DNA from: Paecilomyces variotii
Taxonomy: Eukaryota
Assembly: GCA_004022145.1 (NCBI GenBank)
Contig: RCNU01000008.1
Length of the DNA stretch: 64,000 nucleotides
Reading direction: 5' to 3' (one strand)
This document shows, piece after piece, positions 1-11,782 of the stretch (position 1 is its first letter; each line of letters begins with the position of its first letter). Under the pieces are notes generated by a model. That model was not told the origin of the DNA, did not search any database, and was given only the letters and a program-made list of their open reading frames with translations. The translations under genes were made by a program, and so were the position numbers.

Positions 1-849
1 GGTAGCGTCTACTGTCGTCCGGAATTCAGAGGAAAGGGGTACGCAAGTAGGATGATTCAGGAGTTGGGTAAGAGGCTTGAAACCTGGCAACTAGAAAACG
101 AGACCAGAAAGAAGAGCGTTTTCTCTGTCTTGTTCTCGGACATCGGCAAAAGCTTCTATGCTCAGTATGGCTGGAAGCCTTTCCAATCCTCGCATATCTC
201 TCTTGCGCCGATAACGAAGGATCAATATAACCAAGGAGTCCCAGGTACTAGCCTGCCTCCAGTCCGAGACCTCGTGTCTGAAGATATCAATCGCTGCATG
301 TGTAGCGACGAGGTCATGCGGAAGGAACGCGAGCACCTGCGCAGAGCCTCAGAAAAGTCGCCAGGCGCAAAGGTGGCAATAACCCCAGATTACGATCATC
401 TCGTCTGGCACTGGGCTCGTGAGGAGTTCTATGTGGAACAATTGTATAAGAAGGATCCACCCACAGTGAAAGGCACAGGTGTGGATGACCGAGGCGTATA
501 CTGCGCCTGGACAAGGAATTTTGGGGACACGCCTGCTGAGAATGTTCTCTACATATTGCGATGGACGTATGACGAACCAGCCACTGCAGAAGCAGAGCAG
601 GCAACCGCGGAAGCTATGGCTGCAGTTATGCGCCGGGCCCAGCTCGAAGCCAGCGAATGGAACATGGCTCGAGTGGACTTCTGGAATCCAACACCTCTGA
701 TGCAGAAAGCAGCTACTATATTGGACCCTAGTGCTGAAGTCGTGCACCGAGAGAAGAGCAGCATTGCCAGTCTGAAGTGGAACGGTGCCGAACAGGGGCT
801 GGGTGACCAGGTAGAGTGGTTTTGGAATGAGAAGTACAGCTGGTGCTAG
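1..849 (+). CDS. GNAT-family (LYC1-like lysine) acetyltransferase, 5' truncated by window edge
   Basis: Frame is open from base 1 (GSVYCRPEFRGKGYAS, GNAT acetyl-CoA motif A). It contains LFSDIGKSFY and ends W..NEKYSWC, as in fungal LYC1-like proteins. Confidence 0.8.
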   Translation, partial: GSVYCRPEFRGKGYASRMIQELGKRLETWQLENETRKKSVFSVLFSDIGKSFYAQYGWKPFQSSHISLAPITKDQYNQGVPGTSLPPVRDLVSEDINRCMCSDEVMRKEREHLRRASEKSPGAKVAITPDYDHLVWHWAREEFYVEQLYKKDPPTVKGTGVDDRGVYCAWTRNFGDTPAENVLYILRWTYDEPATAEAEQATAEAMAAVMRRAQLEASEWNMARVDFWNPTPLMQKAATILDPSAEVVHREKSSIASLKWNGAEQGLGDQVEWFWNEKYSWC

Positions 850-1023
850 AGCCCTAGATCTTTATAGAATCCCGTTAGTTCAGTCTTCTGGATTCATCTC
901 TTCAGACCGTACCCTATCAACAGGGGTCGTGGAGGTTGTTCCTACTTTACTTGATTCCATGCCAGTAACCAACAAATGCATCATTAGAAAACTCAACAAT
1001 TGAGTGTCCACATGAATTGAACA

Positions 1024-2374
1024 TCATTGCCGTCTTTGGCTTCGGAACCTTTCATGCCAGTTTCTTGAGTTTTTGGCCGTTGCAGCCCCAGCACCATTTA
1101 GTGCATTGCTCTTCATCTTTACCCGCTCAGCATAACTGACAAAGTATATCGTTGTAGGGTCAGTAGTTTTGTAAGAACCATCCTATAATATCTATTAGCA
1201 ATGTCATACGTAGCGGAAGAAGTGGAAGGAGACTTACTGTCAATGCTGACAGAGAGGCTTCGGACCTCCAAGACTCCGGTAAATGATCTTTCCAGGCATT
1301 CAAGAAGTCCGTTCGCACAGCAGCTGCACTTGCTGTTGGTGCCAACGCTTCCAGGTATGTTTCTCCCACCCACCGTGTGCAGACATCCTTGTCAAAATTT
1401 GCCCCTAGTATAGCAGAAAACACAGCATCAGCAAGCACGGCCCCTCTTAGATGTATGCGGGTAGAAAATTACTCACATTTCACTTCTGAACCGTCAGCTC
1501 CTGGCGACTCCAGCAGCCTTCTAAGAACAGCATCAAAAAGCGCACGAGGAAATGGCTCCTCATCACCCTCATCAAGGACTGCCTTCCAAAGATCCGCAGC
1601 TAGGAACTGCTTTTCCATGTCGATCCCCTGAAGCACAGAACCCTCGAGCATCCTCTTCCACACCGCCATCTTGACCCTCGCAGACGGCCGCCAGCACACG
1701 GCCTGATCATTTCCGGTATCGTCTCCATGCACGAATGCACATAACTCATCCCATCCACTTTGGCACTGAGCAGTAGAAACAGGTATATCGGCGAACAACT
1801 TCTCCTTCAACCTCCTCCTCTCTGCAGGCGTCATCTCTGTCCCGGCACTTCTCATTGAAACATCCCCATCCCAATTCAATCGATCATATAATCTCAGAGC
1901 CTTTTCTAGAAACGGTACTGCTGAAAATCCTCCTGGCGGCACGTGCAATTCCAATGTCGATCCACATTTCGCAACCGTCGTTACCGTCTCACTAAGATCC
2001 AGCTCTCCATTTTCGACACCATTATCGTTCGATTGTGTATTTCCATCTGTTGGTCTAAGGATATGTATCGAATTCGAAGACTGAACTTGTCTGATCCGGA
2101 AAGTCTGCGTGGCGCTGCAAAGGTTGACGTATTCGCGAGCACCGGGCTCTGCGGTCACTTGGGAGAGGTCGGAGGAGGGTGATTTGAGATGGAACCTGAG
2201 GGAAGGATGCATTAGCCAGAAACAGGCAGGGAAAGGAGTGTAAGGGCCAACGTACACAGGCGCATCTTCCTTTGATAGAAGCTCCAGCATCTCAGGCGGG
2301 AGCTCTAGTAATCTGAAGCCCTGCTGCGGAAAGGTATGCGTGAAGCGTATGCTTCGCGCAGCTTGTGTGGACAT
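1024..2374 (-). CDS. DCC1: Sister chromatid cohesion protein Dcc1 (Ctf18-RFC subunit), 3 introns
   Basis: FRLLELPPE...LKS...LCS.TQTF.IRQVQSSNS motifs; C-terminus FLNAWKD.LPESW...NWHERF. GT-AG introns near 2255-2198, 1477-1408 and ~1237-1183. Stop TGA at 1024-1026. Confidence 0.9.
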
Positions 2375-3332
2375 GTTTAGACAGTGTTCAAGACAATATC
2401 TGTATTTCCTCCGGATAAAGAAGTGTCGTTTAATTGGAAAAAAATGTCGAAAATGTCTTTATTGGAGGTATAGCGTCTACTTCAAGTGGAAAAGGAATTA
2501 TTGAGATCGCGTCGATGCCGCGCGCGACACCGCGACTAAGACGCAATTAGATTGCCTATTTAGATCCGCTCCGCTCCAACCGCGTGTGCGCAACGATCTC
2601 CCGCCGCTGTGACATGGTCTCTCGATTGACATTGGGAAAATAGGCGTCACGAAATTTCTTGAAGTACCATGGTTACCAATTATTGAATGATCAATGATAT
2701 AATTTGTATCGACTCAAATACTCTCTATAGTCTTAAACTAACCGATGCATTGTCTAATATAGCAGCTGTCTGGCATACTATGATTCGCAGCATAACCGAC
2801 GTTCGGATCGCAGGCGAAACATATTCCAAACGAATAGCCAATTGCTACAGAGCAAACCATTAATACGATGACAGTGTCATATTCCTGAGCATGTAAAATC
2901 AGATCTATCCGTTAAATATCACAATGCCCCAGTCATATAATCCAATGACTTGGCCAGAATGGGAAAGCTGGCCATGCATAGAAAGAAAGCCAGGTCATGG
3001 TACAACAGTGCGCCGATCAAAAGAAAAAGAACTGCTTATACAATACGAAGAAGTGAATAAGTGGGGCCTCATAACCATACAGTAAATAGGAAAGTCGTAG
3101 TTGTAATGCTGCTGGTAGATTTCAAGGAGCAGCCAGTCGAGAAAACGTCAAACTATGGCTGATGATTCCAGCACAAGGAGGGAGTTGTCTGATCTTAGTT
3201 AGCATCTAAACGATAGTGTCTATAGGAAGAGACTCCGGCTGAGAACTGGACAGGTTGAAATGCCCTAGCTAGCACAGACTTGGGGTGAAAATGAAAGAAG
3301 AATGACTTACAGAAAGGCTAAAAGGACATTTC

Positions 3333-4977
3333 TCATTGCTTTTCATCATCTGCCGGTTTCTCCTTTTCTGGCTTTTCAGCGGATCCCTCTTCAGAGCCCT
3401 TCTTTGTCTCTTCCTTTGTTGCCTGTTCTTGTTGCTCTTTCTGTGCCATTTCGTGGACCACTGCGCCATCTTTCTCCCACTCAGCGGTGGTGTCTTTGAA
3501 CAGCTCCTTGATCTTCTTTTGCCTTTCTTCCCTCTCTTTCTCCTCAGCTTCACGCGCCTTCCGCTCTTGTTCCATCTCCTCCATGTGTCGGATATCATCA
3601 ACGCTGGGCTCATACAAATGCCAGATTGTATAGTGCGGAAGGCCGACGACAGAGAATCCCATACGCTTGCACATCTGAGGCCGTGTTAGTAATTTGACAT
3701 ACACCACAAAACTGTCAGGCTGCTTACCTTCCCAAATGCCTCGGTTTCAGCATGTTTCTCAAAACTGAATGCAGGGAAGTGGGCACCAGAACGGAAGACT
3801 TTTGCCTTCGCCAAGATACTGACGCCTCCGACGCCATCAATCTCCATTTCCATATCAGGGTCACCATAAGGATCCCGAAGATATGCCAAATGCGGCCGCC
3901 ATGTTGCGTATTCCGCATATCCCTCAACAATCACCGCATCTTCATCCAACGTGTCTGCGAGTGCCAGGGCCGTCTCCGATTCCTGCCATGAATTCAAATC
4001 GTACGGTTGCTCGCCGCCCAGCCAATCTGGGAGAGGTCGCCAAACATCTGAAAAGGGCAAGGAATGGTTAGCGCAGCCGAAAAGAATGGACAATCGGGTT
4101 CACTCACTCGGCACGATGACATCTTTATTATGCCTCATCAAGTCTTCCAAAATGGTGAAGGGTGCTGTCTCGACATCTGCATCTCTCCAGTAGACCCAAC
4201 TATGAGTCGGGCGCAGCGTGGCGCTCAATAGCCAATTTCGCGCTTGAGCCATCAACTTCCTTCGGCCAGCCTGCGCAGCGAAACCATGTCTGCTCTCCAC
4301 ATCCTGGTTCACTTTCTGGCCAAAATCCTTCTCGATCACCGAGATCTCTCCGAATTGCATCTTAGGATCCGGGTCATCTTGCAGTTCCTGTAGCATCGAG
4401 GACAACAGCTCCAATGTGTTGTCCTTGGAGTCAGAAACCAAGAATGCCAGGTCAATCAAGTTGTGAGGGTATGTAAAGTTGCGCATGTGAGAGAAGAACA
4501 TCGGTAGATGGGCTGCCGCATCTCTCAGGGGAGTGCACAACAGAACGCGCTCTTCGCGCTCCCATCCCCTTGCTGTTCCCTGGACGTTGGAGAGATCATA
4601 GTATCGCACTGTCTCCAACTGAACGTCTTCCGCAGATGAGAGAAGACCAAGAGACACAGCAGGGAGAAAAGCTGCTCTCCATGACGGGAATATTAGAATC
4701 AAACAGACTAACGAAATTCCGCCAATGATGCAAAGTCGTTGAATTAGTTGTTTTCGACGTCGAAGAGCCGGCTGCGACCGAGGCTGGAATCTGCTTCTCA
4801 GAAAATATCAGGTTAGAGGCGATTTCTTCTTAACAGAGTATAATTTCTCCCTCGCGACATCTTCCTACGTCAGCGCGGGCTATCCACTCACCTATGGGGA
4901 GATATAGAAAAGGTACCGCCCTCCCCACCACGAGGATAGGCGGTATAGCCAGCTTTATAGGCGGGATGCCTGTTCAT
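3333..4977 (-). CDS. ANP1: Mannan polymerase complex subunit Anp1-like (GT62 mannosyltransferase), 3 introns
   Basis: Spliced product MNRHPAY...FSISPH|RFQPRSQPALRRR, then a TM segment, VLLCTPLRDA, WVYWRDADV, DGVGGVSILAK, KHAETEAFGK and GLPHYTIWHLYEPS. Confidence 0.9.
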
Positions 4978-5940
4978 TTCCCCAGCATCAAGAACATGTG
5001 CAGTCGAGGAATCTGTGGGAGTTGCGCAATCTCCCGTCCCCGGGCGTGGACAGTAGAGGCCACGAGCCCCCTGACAGCGCGAGGCACGCTAGGGAGGTTG
5101 CAACGCTGCGGAAGAGGCAAAGGGAGAGCGATTGGATAGAGAGTGGCCGGTCGTAATTCTGACCAAATGCTCTAGTCAAGAGACAGGGGAAAAGAAGGAA
5201 AGGAAATGATGTTAAGCTGTGGCGGAAGGTGAGGTTGTCCTCAACTGCTGCAGCTTAATCGGACATGCAAGCGGCGTCCGCATCATTGATGTTCCTCCCC
5301 GGATCCGGACTAGAATCCCGCTCGCGACAGGCCAGAACATAGCGGAGATGTTTATGGACGTTACCCATGGGGCCTGGCTGATGCTACATTTCTGCGACTT
5401 TGATCTATCATCGCCCATATCTGCAGCATGTGAGGGGTCGTGTCTCTTGACGATGGACGGGACTGTGAGAAACAGCTGAGCACTCGATATTTATTTATGT
5501 CTCTGGCACATAAAACGCCAAATTCATTTCAGCAAACGAATCAATCCCAACTGTATCAGCAATAATACCCTGTACGCTAAATTTCTTAAGCAATTAATAA
5601 CTACCATAGGCATCAAGCAGTAGGGGTGGAGTATTTGCTACATATATGTATGCTACTGTCGACATAGATCGAGAGTCCGCTATCTATAACTGTGTAAGTA
5701 ACAGGGGAAGGGATTTAGCTTACTTTACTCGGTACCTGTTTGGTTCGGTGGCCTTCGTCTATTTTTATTTTTTTAAGGTATCATAACGTTGGGCTAAATA
5801 GAAGTCATAAAGGACTTGACACAAACTGACGAGTGACCACACCGCGATTTCCTGATTTATCCACGTCCCATAGTGCTCGATTTAGCTGTATAGATTTTTC
5901 ATCTCATTCTTCCCCTTCCTGCTTGTAGAAATCCCATGCA

Positions 5941-7317
5941 TTACCGGACAGTGGCGCCCTTCAGGCTCTTCACTGTGCAGACGCCGCCAGACTTCGTAAC
6001 AAGTTTGCCAACAGTAGGCTTTCCAGCTGCTGGGCTGGGCTCGCCAGCTTGCAGTACAGGAACAGCGGTGCTGTCAAAGGCAACCTCGAGGTTGTCAGTG
6101 GTCGTGAAACCGGGCTGGAAGGTCTCCCACAGCTTCTTCTTCGGGTTCAGAACCTTCTCGGGTTCACCCTCGCTCCAGCCCTCGAAGAAGACACGCTCAC
6201 CGGCAGGGGCGTCAGCGGGCGGGTTGACCAGTTCGACGGGACCGGCGTGAGAGTCTTCGCCTTCAGCGACGCGCGGCGACGCAGCCAGGACCATCGCGCA
6301 AGACTTAATACCACGCATGGTAACGGGCTTAAGGTTGCAGACAGTGACGACCTTGCGGCCCTGCATCTCCTCGAGCGGGACAAGGCCGTTCAGACCCGAG
6401 CAGACCGTACGGACGGTCTTGCCGGTTTCTTCATCTGTTGAGGTGTTCTCGGTACCTGGGGCATCACCACAGTCAATGGTGGAGACGTAGAGAGAGTCGG
6501 CGTTGGGGTGGTTGATAGCGCGGAGAATATGACCGACACGGAGATCGATCACGGATGGGGTAGGAGCTGCAGCAGGAGCTGGTGCAGCCTTGGGCTGCTT
6601 CTCCTTCTTTTCTTTCTTCTCCTTCTTCACCTTCTTCTGGCCAAGAGCCGCCCCGCCAGCAACAGCGGCGGCCGCTCCGCCAACGGCGTCCCTAGCAGAC
6701 TCAACAGTCTCCGCGATAGTAGCCTTAGCCTTCTCAGCCAGGGTCTGGCCGACAACTAGGGGCTTTCCAGCCGCAGCCTCCTTCTCCTTCTTCTTTCGCT
6801 CCTTCTCCTCCTTCGGGTCGATGGGCTTGGGCACGAATATCACTTCGTCAGGGTTGATAGCGACCTTTTCCTCGTCCGGGATCCGCAGACCGAACAGCTC
6901 TCCGTTCTGCACGAAGTCGATGTGTCTCACGATGTGATGATATCCCTTCTCGCCAGTGCGCTCCTCGGGCGTCCACTTCTCAATGACGGGCGCAAGAAGC
7001 GCGTAGAGCGCGATATCCGCAACGGATGGCTTCGCACCCAGCAGGGTTGTCCTTGTCGAGAGATGGGTGTTCAGCTGACCCAGTGTCGTGCCGACAGCAG
7101 TTTTGTCATCTTGTGTAAGGGCAGTCTTCAGGCCTGAAATCGTATCCAGCCATTGCTTGATGTCCGCCTGTTCGGTCTCGCCGAAGGTGCTTTGCGGGAA
7201 GATCTTCGGGCTGGCGTGAAGCAGATCGGGCTCCGTGGCGTCCGGTGAGACGGCTGCGGGATAGGAGCGGTAGAGGAGAGAGAGAAGGGAGGTCTCGGGG
7301 GTGGAAGCGGCGGCCAT
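5941..7317 (-). CDS. ARC1: Aminoacyl-tRNA synthetase cofactor Arc1 (GST-like N-domain, Lys-rich linker, EMAPII/OB tRNA-binding domain)
   Basis: IDLRVGHILRAINHPNADSLYV, RTVCSGL and VCNLKPVTMRGIKSCAMVLAAS motifs. Likely main ATG at 7317; the frame stays open upstream to an ATG at 7656. Confidence 0.92.
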   Translation of the reverse strand: MAAASTPETSLLSLLYRSYPAAVSPDATEPDLLHASPKIFPQSTFGETEQADIKQWLDTISGLKTALTQDDKTAVGTTLGQLNTHLSTRTTLLGAKPSVADIALYALLAPVIEKWTPEERTGEKGYHHIVRHIDFVQNGELFGLRIPDEEKVAINPDEVIFVPKPIDPKEEKERKKKEKEAAAGKPLVVGQTLAEKAKATIAETVESARDAVGGAAAAVAGGAALGQKKVKKEKKEKKEKQPKAAPAPAAAPTPSVIDLRVGHILRAINHPNADSLYVSTIDCGDAPGTENTSTDEETGKTVRTVCSGLNGLVPLEEMQGRKVVTVCNLKPVTMRGIKSCAMVLAASPRVAEGEDSHAGPVELVNPPADAPAGERVFFEGWSEGEPEKVLNPKKKLWETFQPGFTTTDNLEVAFDSTAVPVLQAGEPSPAAGKPTVGKLVTKSGGVCTVKSLKGATVR

Positions 7318-8037
7318 CTTGGAAAAAGATAGGCGTTGGTTGAAGATCAGGGATCGAGAGATTAGCAGACGAGAAAGAGGAGGGGCAGTTGTGGCACGAG
7401 ACGCCAGTAGTGAGGTCAATGGCCTAAAGAGTGGCGGGGTATTATTATTGGCGACCCGCAGCCAGGTCGCAACGGGGACGAAGAACTTCAGGTTGGTGGC
7501 GGGAGAGACCCTCGGGGAATTGGATAAAGTACTCAATTGCGAATGTCCTCGAGAAGAAAAAGATACCAGCGCTCTGCCGTCCAGACTCAATTGCAGGATG
7601 GAGTTGACCTGGATCCGGTAACTTTTTGCTACCTTAGGGTTGCGGGCCCACCGCATGACTCAGCCTAAGCGAAGGCAAATCGCCTTGACAGTATGTATGA
7701 TATTAACTAGTTGCAAAGGCGTAGGCCTTGTTCTAGTATACAAGGTTGAGAAAAGTGGCTGATATTGCAGCTGCGTGTCTATTTCGACCATGAAGAAAAA
7801 GCGCAGTGGAGACTTTTCCTGATCTGCTGGGCTGGCCTGTTCTCAAACTATGTGACTGACTTAGAAAACAGGGGGTTAACTATGGTATCGCACGGCTCTG
7901 CCAGAATCCGCTATACAGTTATTAGCTTAATTCCTACCTTGTTACCTAAAGAGGAAAAAAAGAAGTCGAAGGCTCTTGGTATAAGGACCTGTAGTTATGA
8001 AGCAAAAAAGCATATATAGATCTAAGAACAAAAAAGC

Positions 8038-8126
8038 TAGTCGCGGCCGGGGTCGAACCGGCGACCTCGACGGTACACCATCGGTAAGATGTGAACGACG
8101 AATCATAACCACTAGACCACGCGACT
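8038..8126 (-). tRNA. tRNA-Val(CAC) with 16-nt intron
   Basis: Minus strand: acceptor AGTCGCG/CGCGACT plus discriminator A; A-box TGGTCTAGTGG; anticodon loop TT-CAC-A; intron tcttaccgatggtgta; T-arm GCCGG-TTCGACC-CCGGC; followed by a T6 Pol III terminator. Mature length 73 nt. Confidence 0.93.
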
Positions 8127-8618
8127 TAGCTTGATTGAGTTTCCCGTTAACTGCTATATCAAGACTTCGTATCGCGGTTTCATGACTGCAACATGCACAA
8201 CAACAATATTTAATACTCAATAAAGTGTCCGGGATGAGATATCTAACATCAGTTTATCATATATACAACCATCCCTCTGTTCCATACGAGTCTCCAGCGA
8301 GTGCTGTTGTGTTGTTTATGCACTACCTCTTGACTCAGAATATGGAGTGCTTGAAAGTAAAACTCGGATTATATAGTACGTGTTTATGGACCAGCCAAGA
8401 AGTTAAAAACACCCTTAAAACGTGATTGTTGGTGTGTGCCTTGTTTCTATTCGTGATATGATACTACAGCGCTTTCAGGAGGCACAAGAGAAAGGAAAAT
8501 GCGCGTCATGCTGGAGAATAAATAGATACATCAAATGCAAAATGCTGTAGGGTCAAGCTGTACGTCTACCAGATGCAAAACGTCGTACCTGAGACTTCAT
8601 GTCCTTCGCCCCTATGAT

Positions 8619-9616
8619 TTATGCTGCCGGAGTGGCGAGACCGAGGGAAGGGCCACGCATGTCAAATGCGACGAACATACTCTTGAGGAAGACGTCGCCG
8701 AAGATTTGGAGCTCACTTCCCTGGTTGGATTGGACGCCACCGTAGCAGACTGGGAAGAATGTTAGCTGCAAATTCCATATGAAGGGGTTCGAACTGAACA
8801 ACAGAATGGCCAAACATACCCTTTTCGCCGGTAGTGGTGTTGGTGCCGACCTCGGAGAAGTTGAGGACTGAAGCAGGGACAGTTGCAAGGTTGTTGTCGC
8901 CAGTGGCCACGGACAAATCAGGGAGCTCGGCATTGCATGGGAAAATGAAGCCACCGACACTTGCTGCATTGACGGCACCGGGCACTTGTTCATAGTATGC
9001 AGTAGCAGTCTCGGGGGCCACAAGCATGAGAGTCGTACCAGTGTCAGCGATCGCGATAGGTGCCGTCTTGACCTGCTGCATCGTTCCGTTGCCAACAGCA
9101 AACTGTGCAGAGTTGAATTGCCAGAACCCATTGGAGTTGTCGATGCTGATATTAGCCATCTGTCCTTGGAACAAGCTCTTGTCAATTGTTCCAAACTCAT
9201 ACTGACCCGCACCGCCAGACTTTAGCAGTGCTGTCATGACGGGCTCGTCCAAGGTGGGCGCAACATTCGCAAAGAATGTATTCTGCTGCTTGGGCTGCAC
9301 GGTGTTCAGCTTCGAGAAAGCCAAACCTACCAATCCATTGGAAAATGTATCTTCAATGAAGGAGTCGGATACGTTGGTTGGAAGCCCGATAGCCTGGTTC
9401 TGGGCAACAGCACCACCAATATCCACAGTGTCCGTTCCAACGGGACCGTTAGCAAACGACCCATCACCGTAACTGATGTCGAACTCAGAGCCTTGCAACG
9501 TCTTTGCGGTCTTTGACTTGGCTGGATCATAGACCGTGTGGCCCTGTAGGGCCTGTGCATTCAGATTTGTGTTGAATACCCACCTGAGAAGTGTTCGTCA
9601 GCATATATTCGGCTAA

Positions 9617-9653
<37 letters not shown>

Positions 9654-10051
9654 ACGACAACATACATGTCAGAGGATCCAGTGTCAAAATCCATCATCAC
9701 TGTCTGTCCGCCAATCTTGACCGGAGAAACGAATTCGGCATCATTCTGAACCGACTTAGCGCTCACTGCTCCAGTCTGCTCCGGCTCCGCGACATCAGTC
9801 TGGCCAGCGTTTTGCTTGGGCTTCCGTTCAAGAGGCTCGAAGTCTAGAACGTCAAGACCGAAGTCCGTTGGAATGATACCAAATTTTCCATAGGCTTTCT
9901 TCAGAGCCGTTGGACCATGGGGAACATAGTCTGTGCGACGTATCCGTTCGACCTTAAAGGACCTGCCTTTTCGCTGAGAGCGAGTGGGCACAGAGAGGAC
10001 ACCACTCGTCACGAGAAGAAGAACACAGATGAATGACTGTAAGAGCTGCAT
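8619..10051 (-). CDS. Secreted aspergillopepsin-like aspartic endopeptidase (family A1), 2 introns
   Basis: Signal peptide [20 protein letters not shown]; catalytic DFDTGSSD and IADTGTTL; flap ISYGDGS; C-terminal [13 protein letters not shown]. Introns ~9665-9584 and ~8819-8754. Confidence 0.93.
9619..9650. repeat. (GA)16 microsatellite in intron 1 of the aspartic protease gene
   Basis: Perfect dinucleotide run read directly from the sequence. Confidence 0.95.
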
Positions 10052-11782
10052 GTTTGACGAATGCCTCCTGAGCGACGTCACGAATAGAATAGAATAGACC
10101 TGGAAGACCACACAGAGGCCAGTAGTAAGTTCTAAAAATGACGGGGGAAAATGCCCTTTTTATTAAAAGGACCCTGGATAAAGAAAGTAAACAGGGCCGA
10201 GTCCTGACTCGACGCTGTGAAGAGAAGGTAAGGAAGAATAACAAAGGGACCTCGGGGTGTGAAGGTCTCCGGTAGATGTCAACAACCACACAAAGGAAAA
10301 GGAAAAGAACAAAACAGAGTCAAAGCAGCTCTAAAAAAGAACAATAGAAGGGGTATACATATGGACGGAGAATTATGAAATACTCCAGAGATCGAAACTC
10401 CACTTGATCCACGCTGCCATCTCCGTTCTCAGAAAGGTCAGAGATATCGCAGGGGTCCTGGTCAGGAGGGACCCCGATGGGGGATATCTACTGGAGGGTT
10501 CGTTCATTCACTCGCATCCTGACAAGTAGAGTCATGGACAGTGGACCCAGGCACCCGTCGTTCAGTCAGCAGAAAAAGCCGTTACAGGAAATCTATGGCG
10601 ATATCAAACCCCGGGCGCCTCGTCCAGGTGGAGAGGGCAAGTTCCCAGCAGGGCTATAGGTGGGTTCGCAGCATGACAGTGATGGTATCAGGCCAAGACC
10701 ATAGTAGCAGTAACCAGCGCTCCGGGCCTCTCAAAGCGAATAGCTGATGTTTCAACCAGGGGGAGGCGCTGCGTATGCTCGGCGGCGATGGCCTCCATCT
10801 GAAACGCGGAGCCGCGCACACCAAAAACGACCTCACCAATTCTCGCCTGCTAATCAACGCCGCCCGCACCTTGCGTACTGAAACCGATGGCCCAGGAGCT
10901 GTTCGCCGCGGGGTGAGGCCTGTCGAGTATGCTCATAAAGATGGCAAGGTTAAACGGCTGTCAGGTAGATTTGTCACAGAAGAGGACGGAATCATCCGAG
11001 GATCGCTAACAACGAACTGCCAAAAGGGGCAATCTGAACTTCATCCCGAGCAACTCAACTAGATAGGATCGATGTGCCCACGTACCCGTCTCATCTACGC
11101 GAATAGGTTTGACTCAAAACACGCCTTATTGTTTCTCTTGCTTCATAAGGTCCTGTGTTTCTCGATCGCTTACGAACGACTTACTCGATCCGTTTAGAGG
11201 TTCGAGGTCCTCGACCACAATGTTACCCTCTGTAACGCCCGCTTCTTCCATGACGTCCTCCGATCGCGACTAATGATATACCTAGTACACGTGCCTTACT
11301 AGTTACTATGTGGAAGACTCACCAGCTCAGGGGCTGATACATAGGTTTGAGATGATACTCAAATCTCGGTCAGAAAACTGTGTCTGAAAGATATAAAGAC
11401 ATTGGAACTGCTCACGGATACATTGGTATGAAGTATCAATGATAGTATATACGACGTAGCTTGGATCTCTGACTGGTGAATATATATAATGAGAAATGAT
11501 TGAAGTGTACGGAGTAGTCTACCGAGGGATCGTTTCGCAGTATCAGCCGGTCTGTCTCCTGTGACCTCTCGCCATCATATAGTAAGCTATCAAATATCAT
11601 CAATTTATCACCGATAAAATGCAGCACTCACAAGAAAAAAAGCGCAGGTATCCAGGACATAACGAATTGGTATCAATCAAAAAGTAGTTCTTTTCTAACG
11701 CCGCCCAGATGCAAACCGCAAAGAATAGTAACTGTAAAATGCCATGAACAGACGGAGGTGAACCATCACAAAGGCGATGACA

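Noticed and set aside
10443-10488. Imperfect GC-rich inverted repeat upstream of the aspartic protease
   Set aside because: Short, interrupted and single-copy in the window; consistent with chance.
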